Part shown: one piece after another, positions 47,841-55,717 of the stretch | Numbering within the stretch: position 1 is the first letter of the stretch | How the letters are laid out: each line of letters begins with the position of its first letter | Assembly (NCBI GenBank): GCA_015055745.1 | Contig: SVHS01000003.1 | Coordinates: forward strand, 129,390-193,389 | DNA: 64,000 nucleotides | Reading direction: 5' to 3' | Source of the DNA: Clostridiales bacterium | GTDB lineage: Bacteria > Bacillota > Clostridia > Christensenellales > UBA1242 | The notes under the pieces: generated by a model | What the model saw: the letters and a program-made list of their open reading frames with translations, nothing else | Told to the model about the DNA's origin: nothing | Databases searched by the model: none | Translations under genes and position numbers: made by a program

Positions 47841-47867
47841 TTAGCAATCTTTTTGTCGGATTGCTAA
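47841..47867. promoter_or_regulatory. Second CIRCE-like perfect palindrome that also has the shape of the terminator of the upstream gene
   Basis: TTAGCAATC-N9-GATTGCTAA keeps the 9-9-9 CIRCE geometry with one C-to-A change per arm. It is flanked by A7 and T5 runs. Confidence 0.6.
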
Positions 47868-47878
47868 TTTTTACACTT

Positions 47879-48145
47879 TTATTGAATATCTGTAGTGTTA
47901 TCTTCAAAATTCATAATAACTAAACCTTTTTCTAAAATCTTCTCTCTATATTCTTCTTTGATCTCATCATTTATCTTTGGTTTAATATCACAAAATCCAC
48001 TGTTTGCTGAATCTTGTAAGTCACCCAATGTCTTGATGCCTGAACGAGCAAGCGCATTATACGCCCTTACTGATAAATCTAAATCTTCAATCAAAATATC
48101 CCTAAGATCTGTCTTCCTTGCTCCTTTTGTTATTTTAACTCTCAT
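47879..48145 (-). CDS. Stand-alone RNA polymerase alpha-subunit C-terminal-domain-like (HhH) protein, 88 aa
   Basis: IEDLDLSVRAYNALARSGIKTLGDL closely matches the alpha-CTD motif [25 protein letters not shown] of B. subtilis RpoA. The start is set at the ATG at 48145 with AAAGGAG 6 nt upstream. Confidence 0.7.
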   Translation of the reverse strand: MRVKITKGARKTDLRDILIEDLDLSVRAYNALARSGIKTLGDLQDSANSGFCDIKPKINDEIKEEYREKILEKGLVIMNFEDNTTDIQ

Positions 48146-48173
48146 AAAATTCTCCTTTATTTCTGACACTTGC

Positions 48174-48202
48174 ATTATACCATGTATTTATACGCCTGTC
48201 AA
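48174..48202 (-). promoter_or_regulatory. Perfect extended -10 sigma-A promoter (TTGACA-17-TGgTATAAT) of the alpha-CTD-like gene
   Basis: The minus strand reads TTGACA (48202-48197), a 17-nt spacer, then TATAAT (48179-48174). Confidence 0.75.
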
Positions 48203-48209
48203 TACTGTT

Positions 48210-48590
48210 TTAGAAGATTTGTTGAGCTTTGATGGTCTGTTTTTGCAATTTGATTATCTTAAAAAACGACTTGTTTACTGATTTTTTTATGGAAGAATCA
48301 CTGGCTATACTGATAAATTTGTCGTACATCGCTCTATTATGTATAGACAAATCATATAATAGCCTTTCCCTATCTGAAATCATCAACAAAAATGACATAT
48401 TATTTTGATAATCTCTAGGGAGCTCATTGTATCCAATATTGTACTTATTGACACAGTCAACCAATATATCCTCTATCCTCTTATTATTAGACTTTTTAAT
48501 AATGTCCAAATATTCACCGCTACTCAATTTTTTCTTGATAAATAGTGGTGTAAGTATCTTCTTTAGTATCAATATTTGTATATACCTCAT
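48210..48590 (-). CDS. Hypothetical protein, 126 aa, no recognisable family
   Basis: It has its own promoter (TTGACA 48636-48631, 16-nt spacer, TAAAAT 48614-48609) and a GGAG RBS. Confidence 0.55.
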   Translation of the reverse strand: MRYIQILILKKILTPLFIKKKLSSGEYLDIIKKSNNKRIEDILVDCVNKYNIGYNELPRDYQNNMSFLLMISDRERLLYDLSIHNRAMYDKFISIASDSSIKKSVNKSFFKIIKLQKQTIKAQQIF

Positions 48591-48652
48591 TTTTTTCTCC
48601 GGCTTTTTATTTTAGGTAAAATTTTGAGATTGTCAAGAGGTTTTTAAAAATT

Positions 48653-49798
48653 TTACAAAAGCTCCACTATTATACTATTTGACACATAGAAATAGTCTTT
48701 TGTGATCCTTAAAAAACCATCTACTATCTCTATCATTTTCATATCTTTAAGCTTTTTGATCTGCTCAGCTTTTGACCTGAGTAAATCCTCATTGAAATCA
48801 GTCATAAACTGAGACAAATCCAAACCCACAGTAGTGCGGAGAGACAGCATTATCCTCTCTGTCCTACTCTCTGCTATAGACACATACTCACGAGAATATA
48901 CTGCGCTTTTACCCTCTTTCATATGGTCTATATAAGTATCCAATCTCTTGGTATTGTAGTATCTATATCCATCGATAAAACTATGTGCTGACACACCCAA
49001 GCCTAGATAATCTGTACCATCCCAATACTTTTTGTTGTGCCTACACTCAAAACCTGGCTTGGCAAAATTGGACACTTCGTATCTATGGAATCCATGACGT
49101 GTGAGTAATTTGTAGACTTTATTATATATGCTGAGCATGACTTTTTCGCTCACAGGTTTTATCTTACCTCTGCGAAGCTTGTCATAGAGCATTGTATGCT
49201 TTTCGAGCTGTAGGCTATATGTAGATATATGCTTGACATTGTGTTTGATAAGGAATTTTACAGTCTTTAATACCGAGCCAGCGTCTTGACCTGGCAAGCC
49301 TATCATGACATCACTATTCACATTTGGAAATTCACTATTTTTCAGTATCTTAAATGTGTCCTTGATATTTTCCATACTTTGGATCCTGCCATTGTTTGCC
49401 AAAAGCTTCGAATCCAAGCACTGCACCCCCACACTTATCCTATTCACTCCAGACTCTACATATTCGAAGAACTTTTCTTTGGTGAAAGATGATGGGTTTA
49501 CCTCTATTGTAAACTCTATCTTGTCCTTAAAATGAAAACTAGAATACAATTTTCTAGCAAGGCTAGCTATAAAGCCTTCATATACAATACTAGGCGTACC
49601 GCCACCGATAAATATACTATCAAATGTCTTGTCTATATACTGATTTTTTAACATATCTATCTCAGTAAATAGTCCATCTAGATACAATTGCTGAGCTTTT
49701 CTGTCCATAGAATATGACACAAAATCGCAATAATCACATTTCTTATTGCAGAATGGGATATGTATATACAATCCCATAGATTTATTATTTTCACTCAT
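48653..49798 (-). CDS. hemW: Radical SAM heme chaperone HemW (HemN-like, oxygen-independent coproporphyrinogen oxidase family)
   Basis: LYIHIPFCNKKCDYCDF radical-SAM motif and an HemN_C-like C terminus. The lepA-hemW-hrcA synteny is conserved. Confidence 0.88.
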   Translation of the reverse strand: MSENNKSMGLYIHIPFCNKKCDYCDFVSYSMDRKAQQLYLDGLFTEIDMLKNQYIDKTFDSIFIGGGTPSIVYEGFIASLARKLYSSFHFKDKIEFTIEVNPSSFTKEKFFEYVESGVNRISVGVQCLDSKLLANNGRIQSMENIKDTFKILKNSEFPNVNSDVMIGLPGQDAGSVLKTVKFLIKHNVKHISTYSLQLEKHTMLYDKLRRGKIKPVSEKVMLSIYNKVYKLLTRHGFHRYEVSNFAKPGFECRHNKKYWDGTDYLGLGVSAHSFIDGYRYYNTKRLDTYIDHMKEGKSAVYSREYVSIAESRTERIMLSLRTTVGLDLSQFMTDFNEDLLRSKAEQIKKLKDMKMIEIVDGFLRITKDYFYVSNSIIVELL

Positions 49799-49838
49799 TT
49801 GTCACCCCTAAATCTAATAATATTATAGCCTAAAAGAA

Positions 49839-49875
49839 TAAAAATTCCTAACAAATTGATACATTTATTAGGAAT
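49839..49875 (-). terminator. Intrinsic terminator after lepA
   Basis: 8-bp stem ATTCCTAA/TTAGGAAT (49844-49875) with a 16-nt loop, followed on the minus strand by T5. Confidence 0.55.
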
Positions 49876-49883
49876 TATTTATA

Positions 49884-51683
49884 CTAATCGTCCAATTTTA
49901 GTATCGTCACGAAAGCTTCACTAGGTAGCTCCACACTACCTAATCTACGCATACGCTTTTTACCTTCTTTTTGCTTTTCAAGTAGCTTTCTCTTTCTTGT
50001 GACGTCTCCACCATAACATTTTGCCAATACATCTTTTCTCATAGCAGAGATAGTCTCTCTAGCGATGACTTTGCCTCCTATGACTGCCTGGATAGGTATC
50101 TCAAACAAATGTCTCGGTATGACAGTCTTTAGTCTCTCGCACAATGCTCTACCCCTAGGATATGCTTTGTCCTTATGCACGATGATAGACAAAGCATCAC
50201 ATATCTCACCGTTTAATAAGATATCTAATTTTACTAGCTCGCTCTCCTGATATCCTGCCAGCTCATAATCCATACTTGCATAACCTTTGCTGATAGACTT
50301 GATCTTATCAAAGAAATCATAGACTATCTCATTGAGAGGCATAGTGTATATGAGCTTGGTCCTATTGGCATCTATATACTGCATATCGTGATACATTCCA
50401 CGCCTGTCCGCGCATAGATCCATGATACCACCGAGATAATCTTTAGGAGTGATGATCTCCATCTTCACTACAGGCTCTTCCATCTTGTCTATATTTGCTA
50501 TCGGAGGCATCTCTGTAGGATTGGTCACATCATATTCTTTACCTTTTTTGTCCCAGATCTTGTACTCTACACTAGGAGCGGTGGTGATAATGTCGAGATT
50601 AAATTCTCTCTCCAATCTCTCTGTGATGATCTCCATATGAAGTAATCCCAAAAAGCCACATCTAAAGCCATGACCTAGAGCAAGAGATGTCTCCTTTTGG
50701 AAATGAATACTAGCGTCATTTAGCTTTAATTTTTCCAACGCATCATTTAGCTCTTGATATTTGTCTCCATCTAGTGGAAAAATACCGCAAAATACTACAC
50801 TTGTAGCTTCTTTGTATCCATCTAGAGCTTTGTCGATAGGATTATTTTTAAGTGTAATAGTATCTCCGACCTTGGTATCACTGACAGTCTTGATAGAAGC
50901 AGCTATATACCCCACATCTCCAGCAGATAATTTGCCAGTCTCTACTGCTTGAGGCTTGTACACTCCCACCTCTGTGACAGTAAAGGATTTATTTGTCTGC
51001 ATGAAAAGTATCTCGTCGCCTACTTTTACCTCGCCGTCAAATATGCGCACCATACTTACTGCGCCCTTATAGCTATCATAATAGCTATCGAATATTAGAG
51101 CTTTTAGTGGAGCATCTGTCTTACCTTTTGGACTAGGCACATATTTTACCACCGCATCTAATACTGACTGAATATTCAATCCTGTCTTAGCACTGATCTC
51201 GCACGCCTCATCACAAGGTATGCCGATGATGTCTTCTATCTCTTTCTTCGTACCAGCGATATCCGCGCTAGGCAAATCCACTTTGTTTACCACAGGGATA
51301 ATCTCAAGGTTGGCGTCTAGAGCCAAATACACATTAGCCAAAGTCTGCGCCTGCACACCTTGAGAAGCATCTACTACCAGTATCGCTCCTTCACACGCGT
51401 GCAAAGATCTGCTGACCTCATAAGAAAAGTCAACGTGTCCTGGGGTATCTATAAGATTTAGTGTATATTCTTCACCATTATATTCATATTTCATAGTAGC
51501 TGGAGTGAGCTTGATAGTGATACCTCGCTCTCGCTCGATATCCATACTGTCCAACAATTGCTCTTCCATATCACGCTTGGCTACTGTACCAGTATACTCC
51601 ATGAGTCTGTCTGCCAATGTACTCTTGCCATGGTCAATATGTGCCACTATACAAAAATTACGTATCTTGTCTTGTCTTTCCAT
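49884..51683 (-). CDS. lepA: Translation elongation factor 4 (LepA)
   Basis: [29 protein letters not shown] and NKVD motifs. The start is set at the ATG at 51683 ([10 protein letters not shown]), because the upstream ATG at 51692 overlaps the -10 box. Confidence 0.95.
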   Translation of the reverse strand: MERQDKIRNFCIVAHIDHGKSTLADRLMEYTGTVAKRDMEEQLLDSMDIERERGITIKLTPATMKYEYNGEEYTLNLIDTPGHVDFSYEVSRSLHACEGAILVVDASQGVQAQTLANVYLALDANLEIIPVVNKVDLPSADIAGTKKEIEDIIGIPCDEACEISAKTGLNIQSVLDAVVKYVPSPKGKTDAPLKALIFDSYYDSYKGAVSMVRIFDGEVKVGDEILFMQTNKSFTVTEVGVYKPQAVETGKLSAGDVGYIAASIKTVSDTKVGDTITLKNNPIDKALDGYKEATSVVFCGIFPLDGDKYQELNDALEKLKLNDASIHFQKETSLALGHGFRCGFLGLLHMEIITERLEREFNLDIITTAPSVEYKIWDKKGKEYDVTNPTEMPPIANIDKMEEPVVKMEIITPKDYLGGIMDLCADRRGMYHDMQYIDANRTKLIYTMPLNEIVYDFFDKIKSISKGYASMDYELAGYQESELVKLDILLNGEICDALSIIVHKDKAYPRGRALCERLKTVIPRHLFEIPIQAVIGGKVIARETISAMRKDVLAKCYGGDVTRKRKLLEKQKEGKKRMRRLGSVELPSEAFVTILKLDD

Positions 51684-51690
51684 ATAGCGC

Positions 51691-51719
51691 ATTATATCAA
51701 AGATTATCTATTTTGTCAA
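51691..51719 (-). promoter_or_regulatory. Consensus sigma-A promoter of lepA (TTGACA-17-TATAAT) with the ATG 7 nt downstream
   Basis: The minus strand reads TTGACA (51719-51714), a 17-nt spacer, TATAAT (51696-51691), then gcgctat and ATG (51683). There is no SD. Confidence 0.7.
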
Positions 51720-51827
51720 AGATTATTGAAAAAGAAAAAAGACCATAAAGATTTTAAAAAAATATTAGGACAAACAAAATTTGACCGCTTTCGACATATA
51801 AAAGTTATGGAATAAAAGGAGAAAGTA

Positions 51828-52538
51828 ATGGTTTTTGAAAGTTTAGGTCAATTTATGTCAAAGATAATTTTATTTCACGGATATGTGAATGAATACAATG
51901 GTTTCCCAAAGCCTCTCAAAAAAGAAGAGGAAGATTACTATATTGACCAAATGCTAGCTGGAGACGAATCAGCCAAAGAAAAACTCATCAATCACAATAT
52001 GAGACTAGTAGCTCATGTGACTAAAAAATACAATGGTGCTGCCGAGGCTGATGACCTACTCTCTGTGGGCTCTATAGGACTCATTAAGGGAATATCTACA
52101 TACAAAAAAGACAAAGGCTCACAGCTCTCTACATATGTCAGCAGATGTATAGAAAATGAGATACTAATGCTACTAAGAGCTAGTAAAAAACATAGAGCTT
52201 GTGTGAGTATCGAAGAGACCATCGGTGTAGACAAAGATGGCTCTATCATGACCCTCAAAGAAATCATACCCCAAGACCAAGAAAAAGACCCAGACTATAT
52301 AGTCGAGAGAAAAGTTTTACTAGAAGAAGTGATAGAAAATATGAAAAGACTATTAAATAAACGAGAATATGATATCTTATGTCTCAGATATGGACTAGAT
52401 GGTCAGAGCGAACATACTCAACAAGAAATCGCAGAGATAATGAATATCAGCCGTAGCTACATATCTCGTATAGAAACAAAAGCCATCAAGCTGCTGGCAG
52501 AAAAATTTAGAGACCAAAATTTATCTACAAGTATATAA
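51828..52538 (+). CDS. sigK: Sporulation sigma factor, pro-sigma-K-like
   Basis: GYVNEYNGFPKPL...NHNMRLVAHVTKKY...GLIKGISTY...RCIENEILMLLRASKK...ISRSYISRIE aligns with B. subtilis SigK (SYVKNNAFPQPL, RLVAHIVKKF, GLIKGIESY, LRALKK). It includes a pro-sequence of about 19 aa. RBS AAAAGGAG. Confidence 0.75.
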   Translation: MVFESLGQFMSKIILFHGYVNEYNGFPKPLKKEEEDYYIDQMLAGDESAKEKLINHNMRLVAHVTKKYNGAAEADDLLSVGSIGLIKGISTYKKDKGSQLSTYVSRCIENEILMLLRASKKHRACVSIEETIGVDKDGSIMTLKEIIPQDQEKDPDYIVERKVLLEEVIENMKRLLNKREYDILCLRYGLDGQSEHTQQEIAEIMNISRSYISRIETKAIKLLAEKFRDQNLSTSI

Positions 52539-52546
52539 TTACCCCA

Positions 52547-52575
52547 TTGACAAAACGAGTCTATTGTGATATATT
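52547..52575 (+). promoter_or_regulatory. Extended -10 sigma-A promoter (TTGACA-17-TGaTATATT) with the ATG of the next gene at the predicted +1
   Basis: TTGACA at 52547-52552, a 17-nt spacer, TATATT at 52570-52575, then tgttgc and ATG at 52582. Confidence 0.65.
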
Positions 52576-52581
52576 TGTTGC

Positions 52582-53256
52582 ATGATAAATCGTTCACTTA
52601 TAATCAAAATGGCTGAAAAAAAAGGAAACGACTTCGACACTATAGCACATATCAATAGATTGAGAGCTGGAGATACTAATGAAAAACAAATCATAGCCGA
52701 ACAATGGCTTGGATTAGTTTTTAAAATAGCTAAGCAATATCAAGGATATGACACATTCGAAGATATTCTTTCAGAGGGATATATAGGTCTAAACAATGCA
52801 ATAGATACTTATGACCCAAATAAAAACGATAATTTTGTAAATTATGCTGCAATGTGTATAAAACATAGCATATTTAGATACATTACGTACACTTTGTCAA
52901 AAAATACACCTAATCCTATAAGTTTAGATTGGCAGATACTAGACACCGAAGGTGACTCTAAGCAATATAATACTCTCATAGATCTACTAATCGTAAAAGA
53001 AAATGAAAATACAGACTCTGTCGTAATAAATAGTGTTGCATTTAAGGAAAAATTAGCAAAATGCAGACAAATATTAAGACCTAGAGAGTTTATGGTATTT
53101 CTGAGAAGATATGGTTGCTTTGATGGTCAAATAAAGACCTGTGAAGAGATAGCTAAAGTATACAACGTCACAAGATCGCATATCAGTGACATACTAAGAG
53201 AAGCTACAGCAAAGCTACAAATAGAATTTGAAAAAGAAAATACGCCTACAATTTAA
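52582..53256 (+). CDS. Sigma-70 family RNA polymerase sigma factor, divergent (sigma-H-like architecture)
   Basis: 224 aa. Region 2 (EGYIGLNNAIDTYDPNKNDNFVNYAAMCIKHSI) resembles SigH (EGMIGLYKSIRDFKEDKLTSFKAFAELCITRQI). Region 4.2 contains the HTH CEEIAKVYNVTRSHISDILREA. Confidence 0.7.
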   Translation: MINRSLIIKMAEKKGNDFDTIAHINRLRAGDTNEKQIIAEQWLGLVFKIAKQYQGYDTFEDILSEGYIGLNNAIDTYDPNKNDNFVNYAAMCIKHSIFRYITYTLSKNTPNPISLDWQILDTEGDSKQYNTLIDLLIVKENENTDSVVINSVAFKEKLAKCRQILRPREFMVFLRRYGCFDGQIKTCEEIAKVYNVTRSHISDILREATAKLQIEFEKENTPTI

Positions 53257-53268
53257 TAGGCGTTTTTT
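53242..53268 (+). terminator. Intrinsic terminator of the sigma-factor gene
   Basis: Stem ACGCCT/AGGCGT (53242-53263) overlaps the stop codon and is followed by T6. Confidence 0.6.
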
Positions 53269-54028
53269 AATTTATTTTAAAGAAATTTTTTGCATTTATG
53301 TCTGTGATTTTTTCCAATTCGCCTGCAGATAAACCTCTCAGCTCTGCCACAAACTTCAATACATCAAACACTCTTTTGGGCTCATTTCTCTTTCCTCTAT
53401 TTGGCTCAGGGCTAAGATATGGACTATCTGTCTCAAAGAAAAATGTATCTAACGGTATATGCTTTGCTACTTCGTGAAGATTTTTAGCATTTTTAAAGGT
53501 GACACTTCCTGTAAAAGATATCTTGATGCCGAGTCTTATGATTTCATTAGCCCACTCAACGCTACCGCTAAAGCAATGCATTACAGCCCCATCATCAAAC
53601 GGAGCATACTCTCTCAATATGTCCAGCATATCACCATAGGCATCTCTACAGTGGATAATAATAGGAAGATGATATTTTTTTGCTAACTTTATTTGACGTA
53701 CAAAGACTTCTTTTTGTTTTGCTTTATTTTCTTTGTTATGATAATAATCTAATCCTATCTCGCCTATGGCGACCAGTTTTTTATCATTACTATCGAGATA
53801 CCTTACGAGCTTATCTTCATCATAAGTCATGCACTCATCTGGATGAATCCCTACAGCATAGTATACCGAGTCGTATGTATCGGCTATTTGTTTTGCTTTT
53901 TCATTTGACACAGTGTCACAACCCACACAGATTACCTTTTCTACTCCTTCATCTAAAAAACGATCGACGATGTGTCCCACTTCGCCGTCGTATTGTGTAT
54001 CATTGAGATGACAATGAGTATCTAACAA
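53267..54028 (-). CDS. tatD: TatD family metal-dependent DNase/hydrolase
   Basis: The N terminus is (M)LDTHCHL, and HCFSG and ETDSPYL motifs are present. TTG start with AGGAG 7 nt upstream. Confidence 0.88.
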   Translation of the reverse strand: MLDTHCHLNDTQYDGEVGHIVDRFLDEGVEKVICVGCDTVSNEKAKQIADTYDSVYYAVGIHPDECMTYDEDKLVRYLDSNDKKLVAIGEIGLDYYHNKENKAKQKEVFVRQIKLAKKYHLPIIIHCRDAYGDMLDILREYAPFDDGAVMHCFSGSVEWANEIIRLGIKISFTGSVTFKNAKNLHEVAKHIPLDTFFFETDSPYLSPEPNRGKRNEPKRVFDVLKFVAELRGLSAGELEKITDINAKNFFKIN

Positions 54029-54039
54029 ATTTGCACTCC

Positions 54040-54729
54040 TTATTTATCTTCTGTAGGCTGTGTGTCGCTTTCTACTGTCTTCTTTTTCTTTTTATTTACC
54101 AAGCCTTTTAGCATATTCCACAATTCAGTCTTATTTTCTTTACCTGTGAGTAGTTTTTTGATATTTGACCTATGCGCATACACTACCAACAATAAAATAC
54201 CACTGATAAAGATATAGTTAACCCAATTTAGTGGATTGCATACGCAAATCTCTACTATAGACATAGCTACCACAAAACCAATGGTGAAAATAGACGCATA
54301 TTTTACAAAAAGCATACCCAATATCATGATAGCAAATACAATAAGAGCCACCCACCAATTTGCCACTAAAAATACACCTATAGATGTAGCAATACCTTTG
54401 CCACCCTTAAACTTGAAACAAACTGGGAATATATGTCCCAACACCACACTAAAGCCTGCTACATACACAGCTATCTCAGGACTACAACCAATGTAGCCAA
54501 AAGTGAGATATGCCACCAATGTAGGCACTATACCCTTGACAGCATCAAGTATAAAGGTAAATACTCCTGGCCAAAATCCAAAAGTACGCCATACATTGAG
54601 TGTGCCAGGATTGCCACTGCCTGACTTGGTAATATCACCATGTTGTACACGAGATATCACCCTAGCCCAATTTAGATTACCAATAAAATAACTCACTAAA
54701 CCTAAAATTGTATAATACAAATAACTCAT
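54040..54729 (-). CDS. plsY: Acyl-phosphate:glycerol-3-phosphate acyltransferase PlsY
   Basis: GSGNPGTLNV and FKGGKGIAT motifs and about 5 TM segments. It has an unusual Lys-rich C-terminal tail. Confidence 0.88.
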   Translation of the reverse strand: MSYLYYTILGLVSYFIGNLNWARVISRVQHGDITKSGSGNPGTLNVWRTFGFWPGVFTFILDAVKGIVPTLVAYLTFGYIGCSPEIAVYVAGFSVVLGHIFPVCFKFKGGKGIATSIGVFLVANWWVALIVFAIMILGMLFVKYASIFTIGFVVAMSIVEICVCNPLNWVNYIFISGILLLVVYAHRSNIKKLLTGKENKTELWNMLKGLVNKKKKKTVESDTQPTEDK

Positions 54730-54799
54730 AAAACCTCTTTAGAGCATAATAACAAAGATAAAAAAATAAATCAAACAAAATTTGCAAGATTATTTAAAT

Positions 54800-54823
54800 T
54801 AAAAAAACAAGGGATCTCCTTGT
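54800..54823 (-). terminator. Intrinsic terminator after the 124-aa gene
   Basis: Stem ACAAGG/CCTTGT (54807-54823) followed on the minus strand by T7. Confidence 0.6.
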
Positions 54824-54826
54824 CTT

Positions 54827-55201
54827 TTATTCTGGTTTTATTTCAGAGTCATCTTGTTTCTCTTTTGGCGCATATTTAGCAATGTCAGGATTTTCTTGCA
54901 AAGTCTCAGATAATTGAAAATATAATTCTGGCCTTTTTTTCACACATTGTAAAACAAAATCCGGATCTTTTTGAAGTGATTCTGGCAGTTTTTTAAAAAG
55001 TGATGGGCCGTAACAATACTCAGTATTTGTTCCTTCCGCAATTACGCAAGCATAAGCAATTATTTTGTTTCTTTTTTGTTCAGAAGATAAATCCGAATAA
55101 TATAATCGTACACCCACACAGTCGCCTCTATATGTAAGTCGTGAAATAATGTTAGCTGTTGATAATACTGACATAAGTTCTTTCTCTAAATCTATAACCA
55201 T
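54827..55201 (-). CDS. Hypothetical protein, 124 aa, with a DUF4116-like C-terminal motif
   Basis: LPESLQKDPDFVLQCVKKRPELYFQLSETLQENPDIAKYA resembles DUF4116 repeats. Its promoter reads TTGACA (55252-55247), 17-nt spacer, TGgTATTTT (55229-55224), and it has an AAGGAG RBS. Confidence 0.5.
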   Translation of the reverse strand: MVIDLEKELMSVLSTANIISRLTYRGDCVGVRLYYSDLSSEQKRNKIIAYACVIAEGTNTEYCYGPSLFKKLPESLQKDPDFVLQCVKKRPELYFQLSETLQENPDIAKYAPKEKQDDSEIKPE

Positions 55202-55295
55202 ATTTTCTCCTTTTTATACCTATAAAATACCATACTTATTGAAAATTGTCAAGTAATATATCAAAGAAAACAAATAATCAAATAAATTTACCCTA

Positions 55296-55323
55296 TTGAC
55301 AAACAGAAAAATCGTGATATAAT
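55296..55323 (+). promoter_or_regulatory. Extended -10 sigma-A promoter (TTGACA-16-TGaTATAAT) of the 102-aa gene
   Basis: TTGACA at 55296-55301 and TATAAT at 55318-55323. A leader of about 40 nt ends in a GGAGG RBS. Confidence 0.7.
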
Positions 55324-55371
55324 ACTCAAATCCAGCAAAATTAACGCAAAATACGTCAAACGGAGGATTTA

Positions 55372-55680
55372 ATGTATATCGAACATTTAGAACATGAAGA
55401 TTTTGTAGCGCTAGCTGATAGTATGGGCTGTGATTTCGAATTGGCAGAGCCAGCTGGTAAAAACAAATATTATATATTAATGCTAGTAAAAGATACACAC
55501 GTGAGACTGGAAGCCTACATGACCGACTGGAAATTTCAGCCATGCGATTCAGCTTTTAGAAAAGCACACTACTATTATCAATCTAGATACACAAACTTTA
55601 TGATAGACACATTTATAGATTATGAAAAAACACTATACAGCTCAAATAAATACAAACAAGAAGCAGGTATATCAGTCTAA
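55372..55680 (+). CDS. Hypothetical protein, 102 aa, no recognisable family
   Basis: It has a consensus promoter, a GGAGG RBS 5 nt upstream and a bidirectional terminator downstream. Confidence 0.6.
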   Translation: MYIEHLEHEDFVALADSMGCDFELAEPAGKNKYYILMLVKDTHVRLEAYMTDWKFQPCDSAFRKAHYYYQSRYTNFMIDTFIDYEKTLYSSNKYKQEAGISV

Positions 55681-55682
55681 AA

Positions 55683-55710
55683 AATCGCCTAATATTAGGC
55701 GATTTTTTCT
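55683..55710. terminator. Bidirectional terminator between the 102-aa gene and der
   Basis: Perfect palindrome AATCGCCTAAT/ATTAGGCGATT (55683-55704) flanked by A and T runs. Confidence 0.8.
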
Positions 55711-55717
55711 ATCATTT

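Noticed and set aside
51720-51827. A sporulation-type (sigma-E or sigma-K) promoter upstream of sigK around GACATATAAAAG (about 51792-51803).
   Set aside because: CATATAAA matches the CATAnnnTA and CATACAnT -10 consensus sequences only partially. No suitably spaced AC or ATA -35 element was found. This is too weak to call.
55220-55543. A 107-aa minus-strand ORF crosses the divergent promoter region and the start of the 102-aa gene.
   Set aside because: It runs through two well-formed promoters and is antisense to a gene with a GGAGG RBS. It has no RBS of its own.
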